64,000 nt of DNA from Nitrosopumilus sp. (lineage in GTDB: Archaea; Thermoproteota; Nitrososphaeria; Nitrososphaerales; Nitrosopumilaceae). The translations under genes were made by a program, and so were the position numbers. The stretch covers positions 1,495,849 through 1,559,848 of the forward strand of contig CBDBLX010000002.1 in the NCBI GenBank assembly GCA_965207445.1. The letters are read 5' to 3'. The notes beneath the pieces are model-generated. The model saw only the letters and a list, made by a program, of their open reading frames with translations. It did not search any database and was not told where the DNA came from. This document shows, in pieces, positions 44,018 to 54,800 of this stretch (position 1 is the stretch's first letter; each line of letters begins with the position of its first letter).

Positions 44018-44575
44018 CATCTCAGGATTTCAGTCGTAATTCAAATCATAATTTATACTCCTGCCATGGTTACGGCTGTGTAATCTATAAAAACAACATG
44101 TGGCAAACATGATACAACAAAACTGGAAATTAGATGGCAAGAATCATGATGGTAACTGTTAACTCTGTGCCTAGATTTTTGCACTATTTTTTGATCCTAT
44201 CTTGAGTTTGTGCCTAAAAATGTCTATGATTTCAAAATTATGTTAGTTGTTAACCATATGCGATAAGCGAAGCGCGGTAAAGTCAGAAATTAGATAGTAT
44301 TAGTTGTGATCGGGTATAAACTCATCAAATTTTTAGCCATATGACAACGACCCTACCGCCACATTGACATTACATGTAGGGGACTAAACAAGACTATGTA
44401 TTATGAGCGTTGTTGGGTTTTTGTTTTTTTTGTATAAAGTTTCGTGATCTATATAATCATTCAAAAATAACTCCGAGCCAAATGCAGCGCATGTACAATA
44501 CTCCATATGAAAACAAAATGTGACCAAATATAAGTATGTGATTTTATTATTATGTACAAAGATCTTGATTCACAC
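43996..44575. repeat. Segmental duplication, copy 2
   Basis: Matches 4240-4818. Confidence 0.9.
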
Positions 44576-44576
44576 C

Positions 44577-44927
44577 AAAGATCCAAATATAGAATTGTTG
44601 TGACTCTTTTCAACATGAATTATAATACATGTAAACCTCACAGGGTTGGTTTTATCCGCATGTCCATAAAAATATCCCCCCTCTTGTATAGACGCCACAA
44701 TAAAAACACGAATGCCCAACCACATTAACTTTGCTTTTGCCATTTGTTTAGAGTACTAGTAATATTTCAAATTACGTTACAGCATAATGCCTCGCACAGT
44801 ATTATCGACGCGTATGATTCCCATGAGATGTGTTTTTACACAGATGACACATATGTCACTAAGATGATATTCGTATTAGTGTGACCTTATTTAGGCGCAG
44901 TGCTGCAGAGTGGAGGTGACATGTTAC
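44577..44927 (+). mobile_element. IS66 3'-end remnant (last transposase codons plus terminal region)
   Basis: aaagatccaaatatagaattgttg (KDPNIELL) through ggaggtgacatgttac; reverse complement of about 15736-16150 with an internal deletion. Confidence 0.8.
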
Positions 44928-45135
44928 TTCAAATGAGAATATCTGTCATGAAGTGTGGTTTACACACATTGTTTGGTGTAAATACCATTGATGTATTTGC
45001 GCAAAATAACGAATTTGTGTTAAAGCGGTGATGGGTTTGAAACCAAATTTTGTTTTTTAATCACAAGATCTTAATCATAAATTTCAAACACAAACAGATG
45101 CAAAAAACTAAATCACATGAGAGCAAAGAATAAAC

Positions 45136-46038
45136 ATGAAAAAAATGGTAGTTTATGGACATTGTACAGTTGATCAAATTCAATTAGGTTCAGATGCATA
45201 CAACCAAATAGGAGGTTCGGCATGCTATGCTGCTGCAATGGCACGACAGTTCGGATTTTCTGCACGCATGGTTACACGATTTGGACCAGATTTTCCAAAA
45301 CAGTACTTTGGTGATCAAGGTATAGAGTATGCAAGTAATGCATTATCAGAATCAATGACTACAAAATTTGTACTAAATATAGTAGGCTCAGAACGCACAC
45401 TACAACTAGAGCATGTTTGTGAGGACATATCGTATGAAAGTGTACCAGATGCAGATTGTACAATTGTTAGTCCATTGTATGGTGAGATTACAAAAGAGAC
45501 ATATTCACAAATTAAAAAAAATACAGTCGGGTTTTTGCTCGTAGACCCACAAGGATTTTTAAGAATTCAAAATGACAATGACACAAATGATAGTAAAGGT
45601 AACATATCATTACATAAAACAACACTAGATCTAACAGATGTACAAGCAATAAAGACAAGCGCTGAAGAGGCATATAATTTGACTGATGGTGAATCAGGTG
45701 AAAAGGCAATGATTGCATTACAAAAGCAAGGAGTCGAGAATGTGTTGTATACGGATAAAACTGAGATATCTCTTTTAAATAAAGATAAAATATACACAAT
45801 CACACTACCAAACAAAAATATACATGATACTACAGGAGTCGGCGATATATTTTGTGCAGCATTTTGCTGCACAATGATAAAGGAGAGAGATATTTTATGG
45901 GCATTGTGTTTTGCAGGGGGTGCTGCACAAGCTGCTCTAGACTCAAAGCACATAGGAGTACAAAAGATTCCACGCAAAAGTCAAGTCCAAGTAAACGCAT
46001 CATATTTTTATAATATGATAAAGTTCAAGACAGTATGA
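45136..46038 (+). CDS. PfkB-family carbohydrate kinase
   Basis: GGSACYAA, VDPQGFLR, DTTGVGDIF. Confidence 0.88.
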   Translation: MKKMVVYGHCTVDQIQLGSDAYNQIGGSACYAAAMARQFGFSARMVTRFGPDFPKQYFGDQGIEYASNALSESMTTKFVLNIVGSERTLQLEHVCEDISYESVPDADCTIVSPLYGEITKETYSQIKKNTVGFLLVDPQGFLRIQNDNDTNDSKGNISLHKTTLDLTDVQAIKTSAEEAYNLTDGESGEKAMIALQKQGVENVLYTDKTEISLLNKDKIYTITLPNKNIHDTTGVGDIFCAAFCCTMIKERDILWALCFAGGAAQAALDSKHIGVQKIPRKSQVQVNASYFYNMIKFKTV

Positions 46039-46831
46039 TATAGTTTAGTTATTTGCACGCATTGTTTTTTGTAATTAATATTAATATACAAAAAAAGTAT
46101 CAATCTTTACAAGTCACATATCTACAAGATGTATCATACATCATTTTTGCTTTAATTTATTTGGTAAATGTAGTACGGTACTTTATTAACCATTTTTGCA
46201 AAGTAATCATATTTTATAAAATTATACAGTAGATAAATTTATTTAAATATATAAATTAAAAAACAACTTGTTATTTTTTGTCTAATTTTTAAAAAATACT
46301 GTGTATGTATTGTACATTGTTTGACTTGTCATTAAAATTTACTAATATGAATATATGACGGTATAACAACTGAGTTCACAAGAGAAATGTGTAGGTAGGT
46401 ATCAGATATGTGTAAAAGTGAAAAGGTAGAATGTGTAAGATAAAATGTGCTTGCGCACTACTATCCATACGCCACTAGCACATTGGCTATCAGGGGTTCA
46501 GTAGACTGCTATATTTCTGAGTTTTTTTGCCTCAGTCGCTGTCATTGGATTGTTGTATTTGGTTTTATCAAAAACATCTAGCACACGAGTCTAACAGTCG
46601 ACGTGTACATGATTAATGTATCTAGAACGCAAGTTCTCTGATATTACTGATCAGTGTCTAATCTATGGCTTATTCTACAAGTTCACCCTTACAAGCTATA
46701 GATGTAACCCTTCAAATCGCTGATCAATATATGATCTAGGGTTTGTTCTACTGTATATTCTAGATCTTACTAGACATGTTGATCTGTTTCAGAATATATG
46801 CTCAATTTTTCCAGCACATATCACTTGCTAT

Positions 46832-46877
46832 CATTATTATTATTATAATAATAATAATAATTATAATTATAATTATA
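46832..46877. repeat. (att)n/(aat)n self-complementary microsatellite just after the egsA stop
   Basis: cattattattattataataataataataattataattataattata. Confidence 0.8.
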
Positions 46878-46895
46878 AACTTATTTTACACCAAA

Positions 46896-48005
46896 TCAAA
46901 TAACACCAGTACTCTTTGCTAAACTTGTAGCTTTTTTGTGAGTCATATCATGTTTGGCAAGTATTGTGTATCTTTCTGGTCTGAGTCCCTGTGCCATACA
47001 TAAAGCTTCTATGACATGTTCAGAGTCAAGTCCTATCTGAGCTGCAGTTGTAGGTGCCCCGACGTCGTTGAGTGTATTTACAATATGACGCCAGTCTTGA
47101 CCATGTAATTTACTCATCATTATTGAACCAATACCACACTTTTCACCATGCAACCCCACACCAGGTACAAGCGCATCTAGTGCATGTGAGAACAGATGTT
47201 CAGCACCAGAACATGGCCTACTGCTTCCTGCAATGCACGATGCAACACCTGCACTGATCAATCCCTCGACTATTAATCGTGCATCGATGCCTTTTTTAGC
47301 AAATTCTGATGAATTTTCAATTACCGTTGTAGCGCTCAGTATAGCAAGATCAGCGGCATATCTGCCATAATATTCACCTGTTTGTTTGTGCCCCAACTGC
47401 CAGTCTTGCACTGCAACAATATTTGCAATAAGATCACCGCATCCGCTTGCAAGCAGACGTGAAGGTGCATTTTTGATTATATTAATATCAACAAAGACGC
47501 CAAGTGGTGTTGATGCCACTATAGAGTGAGGTTTATCACTCTTAATAGATACAAATGGACTTGCCATCCCATCATGTGATGCAGCAGTTGGAACGCTGAT
47601 AAATGGTCTATTCATGTTATACGAGATCATTTTAGCAGTATCAACTGATCTGCCACCGCCAATACCAACGATCACATTAGGGGTGACATCTTGTTCAATT
47701 TTCGATTGGATCTCATGGAGTGAATCAAAGTCGTTTTTACCTGTTTCATACCATTGAGAGGAATTGCAGACATTATTGATGGATTTTTCTATTTTTTGGC
47801 GTAGTATACGTTGAACATTCAAACCAGATACTAGTGCAACTTTATTGATGTTTTTTTGAGTGTTTTGTATTTTTTGATCTTTTTTGTGCACAGTGCCATT
47901 TAGTACACGATAAAGAAACTTGCCAAATTTCTCAATGTTGCACTCACCAATCTCAATTAGACGTGGAAGCTCCATAGTGTGAGAGTTGATCATCAACATG
48001 TGCAA
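46896..48005 (-). CDS. egsA: sn-glycerol-1-phosphate dehydrogenase
   Basis: GIGGGRSVDTAK, VPTAASHDGMASP, SSRPCSGAEHLFSH, HGEKCG, RPERYTIL. Confidence 0.95.
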   Translation of the reverse strand: MHMLMINSHTMELPRLIEIGECNIEKFGKFLYRVLNGTVHKKDQKIQNTQKNINKVALVSGLNVQRILRQKIEKSINNVCNSSQWYETGKNDFDSLHEIQSKIEQDVTPNVIVGIGGGRSVDTAKMISYNMNRPFISVPTAASHDGMASPFVSIKSDKPHSIVASTPLGVFVDINIIKNAPSRLLASGCGDLIANIVAVQDWQLGHKQTGEYYGRYAADLAILSATTVIENSSEFAKKGIDARLIVEGLISAGVASCIAGSSRPCSGAEHLFSHALDALVPGVGLHGEKCGIGSIMMSKLHGQDWRHIVNTLNDVGAPTTAAQIGLDSEHVIEALCMAQGLRPERYTILAKHDMTHKKATSLAKSTGVI

Positions 48006-48141
48006 GTTTAATTATGTATTTATGATGTTTCATTAATCGCAGATGAATTGACTTTTGGGCAATGCACATATGTATTTCTTAACTCAAATCTTTGGGTGAA
48101 TCAACTAATTCTTTTTATTATCATCTGTATAATTTTACACT

Positions 48142-49236
48142 ATGCATGTTGGAATATACAAACAATCATCATCAGACAAGCATCTACAAGAGATAAAAAA
48201 GATGTTAGATGATGCAGGTATGAAAACATCAATAGTGTCACGGTCATCAGTATCATCATCAGTATCATCATCATCAGTATCATCATCATCAGTATCATCA
48301 TCAGTATCATCATCATCAGTATCATCAAAATCAGTCAAAATGCTAGATTGCATGATTGTACTTGGAGGTGACAAAGGAACACGTAACTATTTTCACAATA
48401 TGAAAGAGCCATCTATTCCAGTACTAGGGGTCAGTGAGGGCGAGAGTGGAGGGTTTCTTACACAAATCGAGTATAGAGAGTTTTCTGCATGTATAGATAC
48501 ACTAAAGCATCAAAATTACACCATAGAAGAACTTCCACGACTATGCGTAAAGATTGATGGTAAAAATACGCATGTGGTGTTAAATGACGCAGCCATATTC
48601 TCATCAAAGAGTGCAATGTTAATGGAACATACACTAAAGGTGAATAATGACGAGGTCTGGCACGATAGTAGTGACGGTATAATCATATCAACACCCATAG
48701 GATCATCGGCTTATTCAATGTCAGCAGGTGGTCCTGTAGTATTTCAAGATGCAAAAGTCTTTGAGATAATGTCAGTTAATTCCCTTGATGTCACACGCAG
48801 GCCAATAATAGTATCTAATAACAGTACGATCAAAGTTGAGGACATATCATCAAAACATCACTGCGAGGTTATTTTAGATGGTGGATTGGACAGACAAAAG
48901 GTTCGAAAAGAGATCGAATGTACACAATTTATTCCACCTGCACGAATAGTACAACTGACAAAATCATCTACGGCAATTACAGCATTGACGAAAAAGGTAC
49001 ATCTAGCAGAAGATCTCTTGCGCATGCCACCAAGCTCAAAATTAATTCTAAAGACACTCGAATATGAAGGTGAGCTTGCACACAAAGATCTTACATCAAA
49101 AACATTATTGCCTAGTAGAACAGTTAGATTAGCACTAAGTACATTGATAAAAAAAGGATATGTTAAGAAAAAAGTATCTGCAAGAGATGCACGACAAAAG
49201 ATCTATATGATCTCAAGTAATATCAACGAAAAATGA
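48142..49236 (+). CDS. nadK: NAD kinase with a C-terminal winged-HTH domain
   Basis: LGGD, LND, DGIIISTPIGSSAYSMSAGGP; C-terminal MPPSSKLILKTLEYEG...TVRLAL...DARQKIY. Confidence 0.85.
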   Translation: MHVGIYKQSSSDKHLQEIKKMLDDAGMKTSIVSRSSVSSSVSSSSVSSSSVSSSVSSSSVSSKSVKMLDCMIVLGGDKGTRNYFHNMKEPSIPVLGVSEGESGGFLTQIEYREFSACIDTLKHQNYTIEELPRLCVKIDGKNTHVVLNDAAIFSSKSAMLMEHTLKVNNDEVWHDSSDGIIISTPIGSSAYSMSAGGPVVFQDAKVFEIMSVNSLDVTRRPIIVSNNSTIKVEDISSKHHCEVILDGGLDRQKVRKEIECTQFIPPARIVQLTKSSTAITALTKKVHLAEDLLRMPPSSKLILKTLEYEGELAHKDLTSKTLLPSRTVRLALSTLIKKGYVKKKVSARDARQKIYMISSNINEK

Positions 49237-49321
49237 TCAAAGCATATTATAAAAAGTAAATAGATTTCCAACCAAGAAATAAAATGAGACAAACAGATGT
49301 ATTATTGATTTACAAGTGGTA

Positions 49322-51142
49322 TTATTTACTAGCAGCGGTTTTAATGAATGCAGCAAACGATGCCTCAGGAAATCCTGGCCTACTGTTGAATTCGGGGTGA
49401 AATTGCACACCCATGTAAAACTTGTGAGATGGAATCTCAAGTATCTCCATACGCTTTCCAGAGTCACTTTGTGCTGAAAACACTAGTCCTTTTTCTCTCA
49501 TCTGAGGTATGAATTTGCGATTTATCTCATATCTGTGACGGTGTCTTTTTGTTATTGTGTTTAGGTTGTATATATTATGGGCCAACGTATTATTAAATAT
49601 GTCCACATCATGCGCACCAAGCCTAAGTGAGCCACCCATATCAGAAACATTTTGTTGCTCAGGTAATATGTCAACTATTGGATATTTGGTGTCTGGTGTA
49701 ATTTCAGTCGAGTTTGCATCATCCATTTCAAGTACGCTTCTACAAAATGCAATAGATGCAAGCTGAAATCCAAAACATATTCCAAGATAGGGTATGTTAT
49801 TTTCTCGTGCAAAAGTTGCAACAGATATAATTCCCTCAGAGCCACGTGTCCCAAAACCACCAGGTACTAGTATGCCATCATATGATGATAGACGTGAAAT
49901 GTCGTTGCTTGTGTTAGTGTTGTTGTTGCTGCTACTACAGTTGTTGTTGTTGTTGCTACTAAGATTATTAAACATGGCATCATCACCATTACTAACACCA
50001 CGCACAGTATCATTATGATTACTACTATTATTACCATCATGCATATCATTGCTATTACCACCACCACTATTATCACCAGTACACATATCACCACCACCAC
50101 CACAGATAGTCTCAGAATCAATCCAATCAATATTTACACGACTAGATATTGCAGCACCTGCATGTTTGAGTGCATGATTCACACTGACATAGCTGTCAGC
50201 CAACGTCACATATTTTCCCACCATTGCAATGTTTATGGTATCACCAGTAGGATTTGCAATATTCTCAACTATCGAATTCCACGCATTCCATCTTGAGGAT
50301 GTATTTAGCATTCCAAATATTCCAAATCGAGTGTAAATTGAATCCAATATTCCTTGTTCGTATAAAACTTGGGGCACTTGAAATATAGATGACACATCGT
50401 GACATGATAGTACGTCTTTTGATGTCACATTTGTAAACATTGCAATCTTTTGCTTTGTCTTTTCACCAAGTGGGCTAGTGCAACGTACTGCCAAAAAGTC
50501 AGGCTGTATTCCAATTCTTCGTAGTTCCTGGGCGCTATGCTGTGTAGGTTTTGTCTTTTGTTCACCCACCACATCAAGTTCAGGGGCCAACGTAACGTGT
50601 ACAAACAGTACATTTTGATGTCCGTGTTCTACGCGCATCTGCCTGAGTGCTTCTAAAAATGGGAGAGACTCTATATCACCTACAGTTCCACCACACTCGA
50701 CGATTAAAAAGTCAGGTTTTGTTTCGGGATTTTGTGCACTGCCACTAGCAATGGCACGTATACGTCTCTTTATCTCATCTGTTACATGTGGAATTATCTG
50801 AACACAAGCACCCAAATATTTACCACTGCGTTCTGCTTCAATAACAGATGCATATACTTGTGCAGTAGTTATATTGTGACTCTTTGTCAGATTCTGATTC
50901 AAAAATCTCTCATAGTTTCCAATATCCATATCACACTCACCACCATCCTCTGTGACAAATACTTCTCCATGAGCAATAGGGTTCATTGTACCTGCATCAT
51001 AATTCAGATAAGGGTCAATCTTTACACATGATACCTTTTGGTCTGCTAGCTGTAAGAGTTTGGCAATTGATGATGCAGTCACACCTTTTCCAAGACCGGA
51101 CATTACCCCACCTGTAACAAAAATGAATTTACATGTCTGCAC
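49322..51142 (-). CDS. pyrG: CTP synthase
   Basis: KFIFVTGGVMSGLGKG, KIDPYLNYDAGTMNP, PGGFG, GICFGFQ, RHRHRYE, QFHPEF. Start reassigned to GTG 51142 because the longer ORF runs into a MITE. Confidence 0.96.
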   Translation of the reverse strand: MQTCKFIFVTGGVMSGLGKGVTASSIAKLLQLADQKVSCVKIDPYLNYDAGTMNPIAHGEVFVTEDGGECDMDIGNYERFLNQNLTKSHNITTAQVYASVIEAERSGKYLGACVQIIPHVTDEIKRRIRAIASGSAQNPETKPDFLIVECGGTVGDIESLPFLEALRQMRVEHGHQNVLFVHVTLAPELDVVGEQKTKPTQHSAQELRRIGIQPDFLAVRCTSPLGEKTKQKIAMFTNVTSKDVLSCHDVSSIFQVPQVLYEQGILDSIYTRFGIFGMLNTSSRWNAWNSIVENIANPTGDTINIAMVGKYVTLADSYVSVNHALKHAGAAISSRVNIDWIDSETICGGGGDMCTGDNSGGGNSNDMHDGNNSSNHNDTVRGVSNGDDAMFNNLSSNNNNNCSSSNNNTNTSNDISRLSSYDGILVPGGFGTRGSEGIISVATFARENNIPYLGICFGFQLASIAFCRSVLEMDDANSTEITPDTKYPIVDILPEQQNVSDMGGSLRLGAHDVDIFNNTLAHNIYNLNTITKRHRHRYEINRKFIPQMREKGLVFSAQSDSGKRMEILEIPSHKFYMGVQFHPEFNSRPGFPEASFAAFIKTAASK

Positions 51143-51178
51143 ATTTGTAAAAACAGATAGTAGCTTTTGTATGTTTTG

Positions 51179-51284
51179 CATAATAGTTTCATTAAAGATC
51201 CGATAGTTTTCTAATATTTTGTATTCATAATATGTACTCAACTTCGAGATGAATATCAATCAAAATATCGGATCTTTAATCATA
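51179..51284. mobile_element. About 90-100-bp MITE-like repeat upstream of pyrG
   Basis: attaaagatccgata...tatcggatctttaat; second copy at 30301-30404. Confidence 0.75.
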
Positions 51285-51315
51285 TCAGTATGCATCAAGG
51301 CATGCTAAAGTTGTC

Positions 51316-51396
51316 GTAACCGTTCAACTCATTCTCAAGTTTAGACACAGATTCATCGACTAACTTTTAGTGCAGGCACGGGGGTTGAACGGTTAC
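51316..51396. mobile_element. About 80-bp GTAAC-ended MITE (reverse orientation); an extra solo TIR lies at 51496-51511
   Basis: gtaaccgttcaac...gttgaacggttac. Confidence 0.8.
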
Positions 51397-51879
51397 GACC
51401 TTGCGATCTGATCTAGAGTACCAGTACACGTAATGTGTGGGCAGATAATCAAGTCAAAGCCGCATCTGTGCTACTCTGGGCAAGGGGGGTGTTGGGGGGT
51501 TGAACGGTTACCGCTAAACTGGGAATTATATACTTGATTCACAAATATATGCCTAGTTAAATGCCTGCCTAGGCCGCATGCAGCCATACACAGCCATACA
51601 CAGCCATGCAGCACGCCAGATCCTTAAACCAAGAATGTGTGGATGGCAATACCAATAACAATGCCCGCGATTCAGACATTTTTGATGGATGAAGGCGGGG
51701 GTGAGCGCCAAGTGGATGTGTGTTGTAGCATATGTGAATGTAATATTATACACTTGTAACTTATCATGGATAGCAATCATATCATGTTCCGGGTAGTCCC
51801 CATCCAGCACCCAATCCGTAGCCTATGGCGCCTGATATGAGACTGCAAAAGGCTGCAAAGCTAAGGCTTACTGATATTC

Positions 51880-54800
51880 TCATTTCTTGGTTTGCTCCGT
51901 GGAAAACTTCTCAAGTCCCGTCTTTGCAGGTTTCCAATTTTTGGGCTCAAACTCCTTTGGTAGGTTGGCTATGAGGCGGTCTGACTCCACTCCAACATAC
52001 ACCAACCGCTCTATGAGGGCAATGATATCGATGTCTTTACCGTCAAGTGTTTTTGTAGCGTCGTTTATGATGTCACTGTCCTTGTCAGTGCGAACCTTAT
52101 ATCGGTCGACTGCCCATGCAAGAGGAGTTCGTCCATTTACCTTGTAGTCGATTTTAGGTATGTTGTCAAAGACCACAATGCCGTTTATTTTCAATGTGAT
52201 GAAACCATCTGTTTGCTTTTTGCCCTTAACATCACTTGCTTTTTTCGTGTCAAACGCCATCTTTTCATATTTACCAAATGGAGCCTTTGGCTTGCCCAGT
52301 TTGTATCGTTTGCAGGTTTCCCAAAATAGATGAAGGTCGGCAAGCTGTTTGCCTGTTTTTGAGAATGCCCAAAAGTCGGGCGCCATGGGAATGTGGGGTA
52401 ATTCACGTGAAAGATTGTTTGCATATTTTTTTCGATAGTCAGGGTGATGCAACAAACCATAGACATAGTAGAATATATCTTCCTTGGATATCGTCTTGTC
52501 GCCGTAGTGTTCACAATATTCTTCTTGTGTATAATCTGTGATATTATCTTGTCTACTGTTATTGTAATACGTGTATAATGGAAAACATTGTGTTGGTGAT
52601 GGACTCATTATATTTAGATCTGGAACACTATCCACAATATACGTGCCAAATATTTTCATGTCTGGGCGAAATCCACAAACAATCAATGAATTTTTAGAGT
52701 CGTTTTTTGGAAAGAAATTTAAAATTAATGCCTGCATCGCATTAAATACATTATCAAAATACATATTTTGTTTAAAAAATGGTCTATATAATGAAATTCT
52801 GATCTTATTTTTTGAAAATTTCTGCATGCCTAATCGTTTTAAACGAATTAAGGACTCACGATCCCATTTAGCTTTTTTAGGATTTGTTATTGGGTTATCT
52901 AAATTTTGAGAGTTACAATAACTAATATGACGTTCCATATTTTTAACCAACTCGTCTTTAGATGAATTATAGATCCACGCATCACGACCTGTTGTCACAC
53001 CTCCAGAATACATTTTAAATACTGCATTCCCCTTACCTTTCTTTGCATCCTTACTTCCGATCGGTAGATATTCAGAAAATTTACTACTTCTTTGCCCCAG
53101 CCAGTCGTGATGTTTGTCAGGCTTTATGATCTTCCAATCCAGTGATTTAATTGAACCTATCGTCTTGATGGTATTTAATTTGGTCTCGCGGTCGTGATAA
53201 TCGCCAATGTCGCGATAATATATGGTGCCGGGTGTCGTTTTTTTGGGATTTTTTACAAGAATGATAATGGCAACGGGTGCCCTGGAACCTGATCCAAATA
53301 TTTTCCCACCTTCCTTTCTGGATATTTCATCCCGTGTTCTTTGATTTCCCCTTAGGTCGAATATCCATACGTCTGTAAACTCTTGCTGTAGACAGGCGCG
53401 TATACCTGCCGCTACATCAGTTCTGATAAAACTAGCGTTTGTTACGAATCCAATAATACCTGATTTTCCTATGCGGTCCGAAGCCCAACGGATGGAACGA
53501 ATGTAAGAATCGTATAAAAGACCAACATGAGTTGCATTGGTATTGATAATTTTCGTCTTTTTTAAATAGGTGTCTTTGATTCTTTTGTCCATATCGTCAT
53601 ATTGGATATTCTGATTTTGGTCGTTGTAGTTGGACTGTCCTGCCGAGTACGGTGGATTTCCCACTATGACGGTGATGTTTGTCTGGCGTTGCCGTCTGAT
53701 GCGCCTTTTTACATTTGCCATGATGTCTCCAGTATGTTCATCTAATTTACCGGGGCTGAACGTGTCAGTCAGTGAGATGCCTTCAAACTGTTCAAACTTT
53801 CCTGCGCGTTGCGCGTACACAGACTCACAGTTTACGAGTGCTATGTAATAAGCCAGTAGGACAATCTCATTTGCAAATAATTCGTTATGATACTTGTACA
53901 CCAGGTCCTCTTTCCTGATCATACCAAGGTCTTCGGACATCAGTCTTGTAAGAAACGTGCCAGCCCCTGTAAACGGATCTATAATGTTGACATTCTTGTC
54001 AGTCACGCCGCGCCCAAAGTTCTCGCGTGATACGTGGTCGACGGACCTGAGGATAAAGTCGACTACCTCCTGTGGTGTGTAGACGATACCCAGACGTTCG
54101 GACATCTTCGGGAACGCCTGTTTGAAGAATGTCCCATACAGTTCACTTATGACGGGCTGCCTCGCGTCGTGCGTGTCAAGCTTTGAGACGCGATTCTCAA
54201 TACTCTTGTAAAAACTCTCTAATTTATCCATCTCCACATCAAGTCCATGCAGGAATAGTTCGTCGATTATGGCGTCCAGTGTGACGGAGACCGGATTCTT
54301 TTTTGCAAATTCATCAGTGTCAAATATTGCGTTGAATATCCTCCGCGTCACCATGTGTTGAGCCAACATGTCTATGCCGTCCTGTTCTGTCACCGAGTCA
54401 CTCATTATCTCGCGTAATCCGGACATGTAAGAGTCGAACATCTTTCTGGCGCCACTGCCGCCGCTGCTGGACTTCTTTCCATCTCCTATCACAGTCAGAA
54501 TGCGCTCCTGCAATCTTGCAACCACATCTGCAACATCCTTGGACCAATACTCAAAGTAACGGCGGTCTCCAACCTCATCCACTATTTTTGAATAGATCAG
54601 ATTAGATGGGACGTCAAGTTCACCAATAGGTATCGTATCGCCGCTAGGGTCGTGTTGCCGTATTCTGCCATCGCGGTCAACACCGAATATACTTACACGC
54701 TTTGGCAGTTCTTTTCTGAGATCTGCCGTATTACATTCGATACTCATTCGTTCATCATGTGAGCGCAGCGCCTGCAGTATCTTCCAGACTGTTTCAAACA

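Noticed and set aside
46040..46830. 790-bp gap with a cagtagact motif resembling the IS5-relic end
   Set aside because: No convincing partner TIR, ORF or RNA structure could be established by eye.
48142..49236. NAD kinase-HTH fusion as novel
   Set aside because: To my knowledge this fusion is usual in this archaeal lineage; only the Ser-rich insert is unusual.
51143..51259. N-terminal extension of PyrG (similarly 6466-6609 and 18673-18750)
   Set aside because: Upstream in-frame sequence is MITE or intergenic DNA; conserved N-termini begin later.
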